From positions 32,001 to 96,000 of the IMG/VR virus record IMGVR_UViG_3300027804_000038: a DNA stretch of 64,000 nucleotides. One strand, 5' to 3'. This document shows positions 35,918 through 46,061 of this stretch, in pieces. Source of the DNA: a virus (Duplodnaviria > Caudoviricetes). The position numbers and the translations under genes were made by a program. The notes below the pieces were generated by a model that had not been told where the DNA came from, made no database searches, and saw only the letters and a list, made by a program, of their open reading frames with translations. Position 1 is the first letter of the stretch. Each line of letters starts with the position of its first letter.

Positions 35918-35945
35918 AAAAGGAGTCGATTGACTCCTTTTTTTA
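35918..35945 (+). terminator. Intrinsic terminator
   Basis: aaaaggagtc-gatt-gactcctttt followed by a T tract. Confidence 0.85.
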
Positions 35946-36006
35946 TTTATACCAATTAAAAATAGATTTTTTTGTCATAACGATATATTTATCAATAAAA
36001 CTTAAA

Positions 36007-37461
36007 ATGGCAGAAAAAAATTTAGTTGAAGAAACTCTAATCCAAATCCAAAATTTGGAGGAAGTTATCAATGAAAACGCAAAAGAAATACTTGCTTCAA
36101 CCATGAAGGAAGAAATTAGCGAATTAGTAAAAGAGTCTATGAAACAAGATGAGACTGACAAAGAATCTGAGTTTACCGAAGAAATGACTGAGGCAGACGA
36201 AGAGGATGAAACAGAAGAAATTGAAATGGATTTTGACACTGAGGAAGATTCAGATGAATCTGAAGAATTGGAAGATTCTGAAGATGAAATGGAAATGGAC
36301 TTAGATATGGATGATGAAATGGAAATGGATTCTGATTTAGAAGATGAAACAGATGTGATTGATTTAACATCAGCTTCTGACGAAGAAATTCTAAAAGTAT
36401 TTAAATCTATGTCTGCTGAAGATGAAATTACTGTTACTAAAGACGGTGACTACATTCATTTAACTGACGAAGATGACGAGTACTTGATTCAAACCGAAGG
36501 AGAGCTTGAAACCGAGCTTGAAGAAGGTTGGGAATCTGAAGAAGAACAAGAATTAGAAGAATCTGATGAGGAATTAGAAGAAACTATTTATGAGATTTCT
36601 TTTGACGATTTTGAAGATTTTGATTCTGAAGAAGAATATGATTTTAAGAAAGATTTAGAAGATTTTGATGAGAAATCTGAGTTTTATTCTGAAATGGAAG
36701 AATCTACATCTATTCATGAGAAGTATGACCATAAGAAAGGTTCAAAAAGTGTTAAACCAAAAGTTGGTAAAGGAGCTAAAACAGGTTCTGCGTCTAAATT
36801 CTCTTATAAAAATAACAAAGGAGGATTTAAAGAAGAAATGCCAAAGGCTGACCCTACCAAATTTGCAGGTAAAGTTAAAAAATTCGAGTTTAAAGAAACA
36901 GATTTAAGTGCAGCATCTGAAAAAGAAGCTAAGGCATTTGCATCTAAGAAAAGTGAGACTAAAGAAGCATCTCGTACATATGGAATGGGATGGAGAAAAG
37001 ACGCACTACCTAAAGGTGCAAGAGCTGGTTCTAAACAAGCTAGAATGAGAACTGAGTCTGTTATTGATGAGGTTGAAATGTTAAGGTCTAAAAATGAAGA
37101 ATACAGAAAGGCACTTAATTTATTCCGTGAAAAATTGAATGAAGTAGCGGTTTTCAATTCAAACTTGGCATATGCAACTCGATTATTTACTGAACACTCA
37201 ACATCTAAACAAGAAAAAATTAACATCTTGAGAAGATTTGATTCTGCTGAAACACTTAAAGAATCTAAAGCATTATACAAAACAATAAAAGATGAACTTT
37301 TATCTGATAATACTGTGACAAAATCAATCAATGAATCAATTGAAAGAGTAATTGAACGTGAACCACAATCAGGTTCGGCAATTAATCTAATTGAATCTAA
37401 GACGTATGAAAACCCTCAGTTTTTAAGAATGAAAGACATCATGGCAAAAATTGCCAAATAA
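36007..37461 (+). CDS. Prohead core/scaffold protein (gp22-like)
   Basis: Very acidic, between protease and capsid; C-terminal coiled coil LNEVAVFNSNLAYATRLF. Confidence 0.85.
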   Translation: MAEKNLVEETLIQIQNLEEVINENAKEILASTMKEEISELVKESMKQDETDKESEFTEEMTEADEEDETEEIEMDFDTEEDSDESEELEDSEDEMEMDLDMDDEMEMDSDLEDETDVIDLTSASDEEILKVFKSMSAEDEITVTKDGDYIHLTDEDDEYLIQTEGELETELEEGWESEEEQELEESDEELEETIYEISFDDFEDFDSEEEYDFKKDLEDFDEKSEFYSEMEESTSIHEKYDHKKGSKSVKPKVGKGAKTGSASKFSYKNNKGGFKEEMPKADPTKFAGKVKKFEFKETDLSAASEKEAKAFASKKSETKEASRTYGMGWRKDALPKGARAGSKQARMRTESVIDEVEMLRSKNEEYRKALNLFREKLNEVAVFNSNLAYATRLFTEHSTSKQEKINILRRFDSAETLKESKALYKTIKDELLSDNTVTKSINESIERVIEREPQSGSAINLIESKTYENPQFLRMKDIMAKIAK

Positions 37462-37497
37462 AAAAAATAAATAATAAAATAAAAACCAAAAAATAAA

Positions 37498-39327
37498 ATG
37501 GGAGCATTATTAGAATCAGGTCTTGTTGGTAACATTGGTCTTAAGCACCTTAAAGTTATCAAAGAAGATACTATTAACAAATGGGACAAATTAGGGTTCC
37601 TTGAAGGTCTTCGTGGCCACCTAAAAGAAAACGTAGCTCAGTTGTATGAAAACCAAGCTTCGCACTTAATAAACGAATCAACTTCAACTGCGGACTCAGG
37701 TTCGTTTGAAACCGTTGTATTCCCAATCATTCGTCGTGTATTCTCTAAGCTTTTGGCTAACGAGATTGTATCTGTACAGGCTATGAACTTACCTGTTGGT
37801 AAATTGTTCTACTTTGTACCACGTATCCAAGGATGGACAGGTGCAACTCCAGCAGTTGCTAATGGAAATCAAAATGGTCACTACGCACCATTCGGTTCAC
37901 CAAACGGTCCTGCATCAGTTAACGCTGGTTATGGTACAGACACAGGAGCTATCGCTAAGAACACTTACGATTTGTTCTATGAAGGTACTGAACCATCATT
38001 AGACCCACCAGGATTGTTTGACTACTCAAAAGGTCGTTATTCTTGGTTGTCTGCAGCAACTAACACTGTTGTTTGGAATACATCTGGTAATTTACAAGTT
38101 TCAGGATACGGTTCTGGCGAATATCGTAAGATATTGGTTGCAATGTCAGGTTTCTCTAACTCAGGTGCTGGTAAGATTATTGGTCCTGATGGACAAGAAA
38201 TGGATACTGAATCTTTCTTATCAGATTTAACAATCCTTCCAACTCAAGCATCTATCGGAGGATTAACATTCTCTACTACCACTCCATTATTATTCCGTGT
38301 AGTAACACAGAAATATGGACAAGGAATGGTACAGTACGGTTCATCAACAACAACTACTTGGCCAACTAACGGTAATGGTGGTACTTATTTTGATATTTGT
38401 ACACCAAACGGAGTTATCTATTTAGAAATTGATTTACAAGTACCTGCATGTATCGCTTGTGGTCAATCTACACCTGATGGATATAGTGGACTTACTTTCA
38501 CTTCTGCAGTATCTGCTACAACTGCTAGTAACCCATTCACGGCTTACTTTAAGCGTTATGAAGAATTAGAATTCGAAGACAGAATTGGTGAAGTTTCTTT
38601 TGATTTAGAATCAGTAACTGTTTCTGTGACTGAAAGAAAGTTAAGAGCACAATGGTCACCAGAACTTGCACAGGACGTTGCGGCATTCCACAACATTGAC
38701 GCTGAAGCTGAATTAACAGCTTTATTGTCTGAACAAGTGGCTGCTGAAATCGACCGTGAAATCTTACGTGACTTACGTAAAGGTGCAGCTTGGACATTAC
38801 GTTGGGATTACAACGGATGGAAGCGTCTGAATAACCAAGCAACTCCGTATACTCAAAAGGACTGGAATCAAACTCTTATCACTGCGATTAACCAAATCTC
38901 AGCTCAAATCCACAAGTCAACTCTTCGTGGTGGAGCTAACTGGATTGTAGTATCTTCTGAAATCTCTGCGATTTTCGATGACTTACAATACTTCCACGTT
39001 TCTAACGCAGCACCTGAGCAAGACCAGTACAACATGGGTATTGAGAGAATCGGTACATTGGCAGGTCGTTACCAAGTATATCGTGACCCATACTTCCCAC
39101 CAAACACTGTGTTGTTAGGTCACAAAGGTACATCGTTACTTGATACTGGTTACATCTACGCACCATACGTACCATTACAATTAACTCCAACAATGTACAA
39201 CCCATTCAACTTCACACCTATCAAAGGTATCATGACACGTTACGCTAAGAAGATGGTTAACAACCGTTTCTTCGGACGTATCATCGTTGATGGTGTTCGT
39301 ACGTTTGATTTGAGAGAATTGAGATAA
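37498..39327 (+). CDS. gp23: Major capsid protein (T4 gp23-like) with a large G/S/T-rich insertion
   Basis: VSVQAMNLPVG..FY, RKLRAQWSPELAQD, AEIDREIL, GYIYAPYVPL, GIMTRY; strong high-expression codon bias (TTC, AAC, ATC, CGT). Confidence 0.97.
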   Translation: MGALLESGLVGNIGLKHLKVIKEDTINKWDKLGFLEGLRGHLKENVAQLYENQASHLINESTSTADSGSFETVVFPIIRRVFSKLLANEIVSVQAMNLPVGKLFYFVPRIQGWTGATPAVANGNQNGHYAPFGSPNGPASVNAGYGTDTGAIAKNTYDLFYEGTEPSLDPPGLFDYSKGRYSWLSAATNTVVWNTSGNLQVSGYGSGEYRKILVAMSGFSNSGAGKIIGPDGQEMDTESFLSDLTILPTQASIGGLTFSTTTPLLFRVVTQKYGQGMVQYGSSTTTTWPTNGNGGTYFDICTPNGVIYLEIDLQVPACIACGQSTPDGYSGLTFTSAVSATTASNPFTAYFKRYEELEFEDRIGEVSFDLESVTVSVTERKLRAQWSPELAQDVAAFHNIDAEAELTALLSEQVAAEIDREILRDLRKGAAWTLRWDYNGWKRLNNQATPYTQKDWNQTLITAINQISAQIHKSTLRGGANWIVVSSEISAIFDDLQYFHVSNAAPEQDQYNMGIERIGTLAGRYQVYRDPYFPPNTVLLGHKGTSLLDTGYIYAPYVPLQLTPTMYNPFNFTPIKGIMTRYAKKMVNNRFFGRIIVDGVRTFDLRELR

Positions 39328-39347
39328 TCATTAACTCAATATAATTA

Positions 39348-39377
39348 AAAAGGTCAGAGAAATCTGACCTTTTTTTA
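39348..39377. terminator. Terminator after the capsid gene (bidirectional)
   Basis: aaaaggtcaga-gaaa-tctgacctttt plus T tract. Confidence 0.9.
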
Positions 39378-39383
39378 TTTAAA

Positions 39384-39632
39384 TTATTCCCCTAATAACC
39401 GTAGCGCTTTTGATATTGCCTCAACTTCATCCATCTTAAACGCCCCTCTTCTAAATCCAGCTTTTGATGCTTCTATAAGACAATAAATTGCCTGTTCTTT
39501 GGTCATTTTATTATAAAAATTGTCCAGTTGTTCGTCACTATAATAAGTTATAGATTCAAATAAAGAACCTTTAGGGGTTAATTGTTCAATTTTGTCTTGT
39601 ATCTCTTTTTCTATATTTTTATCAGTTTCCAT
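39384..39632 (-). CDS. Hypothetical protein
   Basis: 82-aa ORF. Confidence 0.7.
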   Translation of the reverse strand: METDKNIEKEIQDKIEQLTPKGSLFESITYYSDEQLDNFYNKMTKEQAIYCLIEASKAGFRRGAFKMDEVEAISKALRLLGE

Positions 39633-39665
39633 TAAATTAGATATTTATCTAATAATAGATAAAAT

Positions 39666-40313
39666 ATGTCTAAAAAGAAACTAAATAGTATTAATGATAT
39701 TGTTGAATCATTATTTTTAAAAGAAACTACAAATACTAATGTAAGTTCAGGTATATATAATGCACCTATAGAGATAGAAGATAAAGAATGGGATGAACAT
39801 ATATTATCACCATTTATTAATAAATCTAACCATTATCATAATAATAAAGTTAAAGATAAGGAGTTAGGTGATAAAATCAAATTTAAACACGGTTATATTG
39901 AGAAAGATAACCCAAACAAAGGGAAATCAAAAAGGTTAATTACACCTGTAAATGAAAGTGAAACTAATGAAGATTTGGCGGTTTGGTTTGGTAAAAAAAA
40001 GAAACCAAAGGGAAGTAAACAGCCTAAGGGTCCATGGGTTAATATTTGTCGTAAGAAAGATGGTAAACATCCTCCTTGTGGTAGACCTGAATCATCCGAT
40101 AAGGGGTACCCAAAATGCAGAGCTGCGGGGGTTGCTGGAAAAATGTCTGACTCTCAAAAAAGAGCGGCATGTCAACAAAAAAGAAAGGCTGAAAAAAAAG
40201 ATACCCAAACAGGTAAAGGACAAAAACCTGTTATGACTTCGTATAAACCAAAAAATAAAAAAAGTAAGAACGAATCAGTTTTGATTAGTCTAATAAGAAA
40301 AGTTTTAAAATGA
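39666..40313 (+). CDS. Hypothetical protein with a C-terminal basic Cys module (WFG..W..IC..CGR..YPKC)
   Basis: TNE|DLAVWFGKK then K/R-rich module with 4 Cys. Confidence 0.8.
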   Translation: MSKKKLNSINDIVESLFLKETTNTNVSSGIYNAPIEIEDKEWDEHILSPFINKSNHYHNNKVKDKELGDKIKFKHGYIEKDNPNKGKSKRLITPVNESETNEDLAVWFGKKKKPKGSKQPKGPWVNICRKKDGKHPPCGRPESSDKGYPKCRAAGVAGKMSDSQKRAACQQKRKAEKKDTQTGKGQKPVMTSYKPKNKKSKNESVLISLIRKVLK

Positions 40314-40702
40314 AAGTTTGTTTAAAATATAAAAAAAAATTATTTCAAAAATATCAGTTAGACATAATAATAGATTTTATTAATCTATTACAAAAAAAAT
40401 TACCAGTAAATGGAGAAATAACTATATATTTTCTTTCAGAAAGAAAGGGTGGGATGACAACAGGCTCATTTTTAAACAAAAATAATTCAATAAAAATATT
40501 AGCTAAAAATAGAATGTTGTCTGATATTCTAAGAACTTTATCTCATGAATGGGCACATTGTTATGATAGACAACATTTGAATATAACCGACAGAAGAGAC
40601 ATAGGTGGAGAATCAGAAAATTTTGCAAATGCTAAATCAGGAGAAATAACCAAGCTATATATTAAATCAAACAAACATAAAGAAGATAAAATATTTGAAT
40701 AA
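40310..40702 (+). CDS. Small zincin-like metallopeptidase
   Basis: TLSHEWAH (HExxH) and SENFAN downstream Glu motif. Confidence 0.7.
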   Translation: MKVCLKYKKKLFQKYQLDIIIDFINLLQKKLPVNGEITIYFLSERKGGMTTGSFLNKNNSIKILAKNRMLSDILRTLSHEWAHCYDRQHLNITDRRDIGGESENFANAKSGEITKLYIKSNKHKEDKIFE

Positions 40703-41104
40703 TTATATACAAATTTTTGAATAAATAGTCTCCAATGAATGTTTAATTTGAACATCTAACTCTTTTTCCATCTTTAAAGCTCTATCATCCATTTCTTTTT
40801 TAAAGTATTCTTTAAGTTTTTGCCAATATAAATCAGGTAATTTTATAAAGTAACTATATGTATGATTGGTAATTGTTATCTCCCCTTCCTCCATGGTAAT
40901 AAAAATACCAAACTCTTCGTTTTTGATATATTTTTTTCCAGAAATTGGTGCAATTAACAATTCTGAATTTGGGTTATGAATCAATTTTCTACATATTGCC
41001 GAACATTGATTAATCCTGGTTCTTTGGATTTTTCTAATCTCAGTTTGAGTTAGACTTCTTACAAAAAGTTTGTATTTGGCAATTATTCTTCTAAAGAATG
41101 ACAT
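40703..41104 (-). CDS. Hypothetical protein
   Basis: 133-aa ORF. Confidence 0.7.
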   Translation of the reverse strand: MSFFRRIIAKYKLFVRSLTQTEIRKIQRTRINQCSAICRKLIHNPNSELLIAPISGKKYIKNEEFGIFITMEEGEITITNHTYSYFIKLPDLYWQKLKEYFKKEMDDRALKMEKELDVQIKHSLETIYSKICI

Positions 41105-41137
41105 ATGATTATTTTTTACAAATATACGTCTAAATCT

Positions 41138-41614
41138 TTAATCTAACAATAATTTTAAAAAATTTTCCCAAGTTTCCACATCATTATCGTTTCTACCAAT
41201 ATTTGCAGAATAGCAACAAAGAACAACATTGTCTCTTGTGTAACCTTTAGTCCTATCTAATCTATCTAATGATGGTTGCTGAGGGTGTTTTGGTTTATTA
41301 GATGATATTAGTGGTACATTAAACCAATAACACAAACCATTTTGACTATCGAACATCTCATTAATATCATCAACAGTTAAAGTATGTTCTTTATTCCTTT
41401 TAGTGTCGTTGATTAAAGTATTTTGCCATAACCTAACTCTTCTTTCCTTTTGTTTTAAGCTTTCATTTTTTTTAAAATCAGGGTTTAATCTGTAATTTTT
41501 TTTGTACTCTCTGGTAACTTTCAGAATACATTCTTTACATTTACTACCCCTTTGGGATACGTAAAAATCATTTTCGCTTTTAATCACACCGCATTTACTA
41601 CATTGTTTTTCCAT
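41138..41614 (-). CDS. Zn-finger plus His-Me-finger-like endonuclease
   Basis: CSKC...CKEC N-terminus; SLDRLDRTKGYTRDNVVLCC..AN motif. Confidence 0.7.
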   Translation of the reverse strand: MEKQCSKCGVIKSENDFYVSQRGSKCKECILKVTREYKKNYRLNPDFKKNESLKQKERRVRLWQNTLINDTKRNKEHTLTVDDINEMFDSQNGLCYWFNVPLISSNKPKHPQQPSLDRLDRTKGYTRDNVVLCCYSANIGRNDNDVETWENFLKLLLD

Positions 41615-41671
41615 TTCTATAAATATAGGGAAAACATAAAAAAGAGGATATTTCTGCTCTTTATATGAAAA

Positions 41672-42199
41672 TTAACAGAATGGTGGTGAACACCTTTTCT
41701 TACCGTCAAGACCTTTTATTTTACCTTTACACACTTGGACAGCGTGACCATTACTATATGCTGAGGGGTACACGTCATACTTCGCCTTTGCCGATGCCTT
41801 ACCTCTAGCACATAATTTTGTTCCAGTTTTTTTACGACCTTCATTCATCTGATATAGTGCTAAAGCGTCATCAGGGTTTTTTAAAGTCATAGCTAAATCG
41901 TCAACAACATTATCATTTTCCATCATTTCACCATCACTAATATTCATGGACAATTCCATACCGTCTTTTTTTGTTTCATTCATCATAAAATCAAAAACTT
42001 GGTCTAAATTATTTTTTGCTTCAGCAATATGGTCCTGAGCCCAATCATGACCATTATCTAAAATAGAATCAACCATGTCTCTTTCTAAGTCTAACAATAA
42101 ATCACATTGTCTTCTCATTTGTTCTAAATTTGAAAAGAACATATATCTATCTGATTGCTCTTTAATAACTTTTCTAATTATATTATCTATATTTCTCAT
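41672..42199 (-). CDS. Hypothetical head-associated protein with a C-terminal basic Cys module (GKA.AK.KY.VYPSAY.N)
   Basis: N-terminal IIRKVIKE; MNE|GRKKTG then basic module. Confidence 0.8.
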   Translation of the reverse strand: MRNIDNIIRKVIKEQSDRYMFFSNLEQMRRQCDLLLDLERDMVDSILDNGHDWAQDHIAEAKNNLDQVFDFMMNETKKDGMELSMNISDGEMMENDNVVDDLAMTLKNPDDALALYQMNEGRKKTGTKLCARGKASAKAKYDVYPSAYSNGHAVQVCKGKIKGLDGKKRCSPPFC

Positions 42200-42213
42200 A
42201 ACTTATAAATATT

Positions 42214-42717
42214 TTAAAAAGCAACATTTCCCTTTAATTCTTCACAAACATTATCTAAAAAGTTCTCAATCTCATGTTCTAACCCTTCATATGTCTCAAA
42301 CAAATTAATGCCTTCAGGGTCTTCAAAATTACATGTTGAGTAAGTCCCGTTTGGTTCACAATATATTTCCCCATAAAATTCATCATTATTTACGGTTAAA
42401 TAACCAGTGTGAACCATTTCGTTAGGATTATCTTCAGTAGATTCGTATTTAAAAGACATATTAACACCCCCAATTATATCAGAAAAAATATTTTCATAAT
42501 TGGTAACTTGTGAACGTGTAACTAATTCTTCATCATCTTTAAATTTACCAGTTTCGGAATAATGTATTAAATATTTCTTTTCTTTATCTGTTAAACCCTC
42601 AAATCCTACTCTATTTATTTTATCTAAAATAGAGTCAATTTTATCCATACTTTCATTAATAATATTATTAATTATTTTGATTAATTCCGATTCTGTTATT
42701 TGTATTTTTTTTCTCAT
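42214..42717 (-). CDS. Hypothetical protein with an IDSILDKI..G...LT..EK.YL motif (DUF6576-like)
   Basis: MRKKIQITESEL...INES N-terminus followed by the motif. Confidence 0.7.
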   Translation of the reverse strand: MRKKIQITESELIKIINNIINESMDKIDSILDKINRVGFEGLTDKEKKYLIHYSETGKFKDDEELVTRSQVTNYENIFSDIIGGVNMSFKYESTEDNPNEMVHTGYLTVNNDEFYGEIYCEPNGTYSTCNFEDPEGINLFETYEGLEHEIENFLDNVCEELKGNVAF

Positions 42718-44216
42718 TTTTTGTTAACTATTTGAAATTTAATTTGTCTTTTATAGGTTTCTGACGACCCATTTGATATGACCTTTAAGTCAATATAATA
42801 TTCATTAGGTATTTTGTCAGTAGTATCAAATATAAAATAAAATTGATTATCTGACCTATTTATTTCAGTCCAATCTTGTACTTGAACTTCAGTTTGGCCC
42901 TCTCTAACATATAGTCTATAATAAGCGTTTACATTAGACAATATCTCATTTGTACTATATGCTTTTTTAACTATAACGCCAACTTTTCTAATATCTGTAT
43001 TTAATATTTTTTCGTCTTGTTTAATACCATAAAAATCGAACCCATACAATATTGGGTCTTGACTCATTGTTGATATTTGTAAAGTATTATTATATGGTAA
43101 AAGTATTATAGTATTTGTTATATTACTTAGACTATTTCCATTGTATATTAAATTACTCCAAACGTCATATATCGTACATGGTACGTTTGTGTTACCTGTA
43201 ATTGCGGGTATTGTTACTTCATAAATCCCTTTTGATATTAGACAAGACGTTAGAGGTCCTTGTATAATACTATCTTCAGAGTCAATTATATTAACAGTTG
43301 GTGGGGTGTCTAAATTAACTAAATCACCGTCAATATATGAAAATAAATAAAGTTTATTTTCATTATTTGTCACAAAATAATTTCGATTATCTTTAATTAA
43401 ATCATTATATGATGTCTCTAAAAATGGTTCATAAAATGTTTGAGTATGCCTACTAAAAAAGGCAACTGCGTAATTTTCAGTCAACCCTGTTAAATTTTCA
43501 AGTTCAGGTGAAAAAGATATAATCCATCCCGTGTTACCAGTAGTACCACCACTTAAAATTGAGTTTATTTCATCCGTCATATCAAACTCAATATCTTCAT
43601 TACCAAATTCAAAGTGTTGAGTATCAACAATAGTTAACCCACTATAATTTACATTACCTGAATTTGTATTTGAATATATCCCATTTTGACTCCATCCTGA
43701 TATAGTTGTTGTTTGATACCAATTAGAGGGTCTCTGAGAGTAACTTTTATTTTCAGGTAGTAATATTGGAGTTATAAGTCCATTTGAAAAATTAGTTGTA
43801 TTTTGTACATCATAATAATCAGAACCTACTCCTTCATCCCAATATTGTGGATTACCAGTTGAACCCGAAATTTTAGGTATTCTGATTAAATGTAAATCAA
43901 AAGAAGTTGCTCTTAACCTCCCGTCTGACATTGAGGTATTAAGTAACTCAGTATCAAATGAAGAAGTGTTAGTCATTCTAAGTTTGTGAGTTATTCCACT
44001 AAATCCTGTACATCCTGTTGAAATAACTCCTGATGAAAATTTACTAACTAACTCGGTTAAATCTAAATCAAAAATAAACCTTGAGAAACCTTTTTGTGAT
44101 AGTACGTCATTTGCGGTACCAAAATACAATTCAGTATAAGGAGCCTTACCAGTATTTGTAAAACTATTATACAATAATGTATTATTTCTAGAAAAATATG
44201 AACGATGTATTGACAT
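42714..44216 (-). CDS. Putative baseplate/tail structural protein
   Basis: Start moved to MSIHRSYF at 44216; beta-rich, G/S/T/N-rich; next to the spike-like gene. Confidence 0.7.
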   Translation of the reverse strand: MSIHRSYFSRNNTLLYNSFTNTGKAPYTELYFGTANDVLSQKGFSRFIFDLDLTELVSKFSSGVISTGCTGFSGITHKLRMTNTSSFDTELLNTSMSDGRLRATSFDLHLIRIPKISGSTGNPQYWDEGVGSDYYDVQNTTNFSNGLITPILLPENKSYSQRPSNWYQTTTISGWSQNGIYSNTNSGNVNYSGLTIVDTQHFEFGNEDIEFDMTDEINSILSGGTTGNTGWIISFSPELENLTGLTENYAVAFFSRHTQTFYEPFLETSYNDLIKDNRNYFVTNNENKLYLFSYIDGDLVNLDTPPTVNIIDSEDSIIQGPLTSCLISKGIYEVTIPAITGNTNVPCTIYDVWSNLIYNGNSLSNITNTIILLPYNNTLQISTMSQDPILYGFDFYGIKQDEKILNTDIRKVGVIVKKAYSTNEILSNVNAYYRLYVREGQTEVQVQDWTEINRSDNQFYFIFDTTDKIPNEYYIDLKVISNGSSETYKRQIKFQIVNKK

Positions 44217-44236
44217 TATCTTTTTATAGATAAATA

Positions 44237-45856
44237 TCAATTAATTCGAATGTTTTGATTAAGAACTTTAGAATCAAAATTTTGGAATTCAATCTCTATT
44301 TCCGCAGACGTGGTTCCCTGACTAGTTACGGGAGACGGAGGTAACATATGGTAAGGGTGAGAATGGGTAATTAAGAACTTAACCACTAAATTTAAAAACT
44401 CTTTTAATTTTTCTCCTCTAACCATAGGTTCAGTATTCGGTATTATTTCGTCAAAAATTTTACTTTGAGTTATTCCATAAACACTATCTGAACCTAAATT
44501 AATTTTTTGTTTACCAGGTATCACAGAGTCATGAGAAAGAAAAATCATCTTATTACTACCCCCAACAGAAACACTATTTTTTTTCAATACTGTTTCATAA
44601 GGGTTTGTTGATATTGTTATATTTTTTTTAGATATTCCAAATTTATTGAATTGAGAAACTAGTCCACAACCCTTTTCTGATAGAAAATATGAAATAATAT
44701 TAGCCTTTGAGAATTTAACTAATGAAGTTATTTTTAATAAATTTGTTTTAATTGTTAAATTTTCAGGTGACGTTATTTCAGACATTATGTTCCTCAAATT
44801 TTTAGATGGTCGATAATAAAATGGAAATCTTTGTCCTGAAAATTGAGAGAGTTTCGGTATATAAGGTGACTTTATATCAACTGCTCCTGTATTTAAACCC
44901 TCAATAACTGAATTAATTAAAAATGTTACTCCTGATTGAGGAATCCCAACAAATTGGTAAGTAAATATTGGTGTTGTAACACTAGACGGTAACTCAGTGT
45001 TTTCCTTAAATTCATTATTTTTAACTGAGCTTGATGCTGGTATATCGTATATATAAATTGCGCCAGTGTAAGAATTTGCATTGTTATCTAAACCTTGTAT
45101 AATATCATATTCAATTAATTTAGATAATGGGGACTCATCGGTTTCACTAATTTGTGCGTTCTCTGAAGGTTGATTTATAACATCCTTACTAAAATATGAA
45201 ATCTGATAAAAACCTCGTTTTTCATTAACGTACGGAGTCGTGTTTGGAGTTATTTCTGATGTTTTTCCAGCTCTAATTAATAGTTCGTTTGGTTTTATAA
45301 TTATATCTGAAGAACCTTTACCGTATATTGCAATATCGGACAATTTATTTGGAACTCCAACTTCTGCAAATATTCCTTTTATCTTTTGATTTCTATATTC
45401 AGAAGTAGGTGTTTTTAAATTTGGTGACCCTTGAATATTCGAACCTTGAGCTGTTTGGGATAAACTTTGTGAGTAGTCCTCAGAACTAATATTAAATGGA
45501 TTAGATTTTGGACCAGGAATATAAAATTGCTCTTTCCTACCTGTATTTTTTTCAGGGTTAGAATACATCAACCATACTAATTCACCAACCTCAGGTACCA
45601 TTGTTATTGAAAACGGAATTAGAGGTAGAAAAACAAATGGGTCTAAATTTGTAAATTTAAATTCGTCTAAAATATCGCTACCGTCTTCATTAACAATTCC
45701 TTTGTCTTTATAAGAATCTAATATCTGTTGCACACTTTCGTGGTCAGGGAAAACTCTAATCCTGCTCAGAACTTGATAATCATTATTATCAATAACTCTT
45801 CCCGTAAATATTATTTTACTATGGTCAGAAACGTAATCAACAATTTTATCCCGCAT
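44237..45856 (-). CDS. Baseplate central spike (gp5/gpV-like)
   Basis: OB-fold-like N-terminus GRVIDNND...SRIRV...VPEVGELV; C-terminal THSHP HxH metal tip motif. Confidence 0.65.
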   Translation of the reverse strand: MRDKIVDYVSDHSKIIFTGRVIDNNDYQVLSRIRVFPDHESVQQILDSYKDKGIVNEDGSDILDEFKFTNLDPFVFLPLIPFSITMVPEVGELVWLMYSNPEKNTGRKEQFYIPGPKSNPFNISSEDYSQSLSQTAQGSNIQGSPNLKTPTSEYRNQKIKGIFAEVGVPNKLSDIAIYGKGSSDIIIKPNELLIRAGKTSEITPNTTPYVNEKRGFYQISYFSKDVINQPSENAQISETDESPLSKLIEYDIIQGLDNNANSYTGAIYIYDIPASSSVKNNEFKENTELPSSVTTPIFTYQFVGIPQSGVTFLINSVIEGLNTGAVDIKSPYIPKLSQFSGQRFPFYYRPSKNLRNIMSEITSPENLTIKTNLLKITSLVKFSKANIISYFLSEKGCGLVSQFNKFGISKKNITISTNPYETVLKKNSVSVGGSNKMIFLSHDSVIPGKQKINLGSDSVYGITQSKIFDEIIPNTEPMVRGEKLKEFLNLVVKFLITHSHPYHMLPPSPVTSQGTTSAEIEIEFQNFDSKVLNQNIRIN

Positions 45857-46061
45857 TTCTACTGTTATATTCTTTTAAAATTATATTATAGGTATGTTCT
45901 AATCTGTCCAAATGTTTAGTTAAATCTATCACAGTTCTTTTAGTATGTTCAAAATCTTGAGATAGAACATCCAAAGCTTTTACTAAATCCTTATTAGGTC
46001 TGTTATTAAAATCTTTAATTATGTCTAAAACTTCTTCAGTTATTTTATACCTGTTTTCCAT
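45846..46061 (-). CDS. Small coiled-coil hypothetical protein
   Basis: 71-aa ORF overlapping both neighbours. Confidence 0.7.
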   Translation of the reverse strand: MENRYKITEEVLDIIKDFNNRPNKDLVKALDVLSQDFEHTKRTVIDLTKHLDRLEHTYNIILKEYNSRNAG

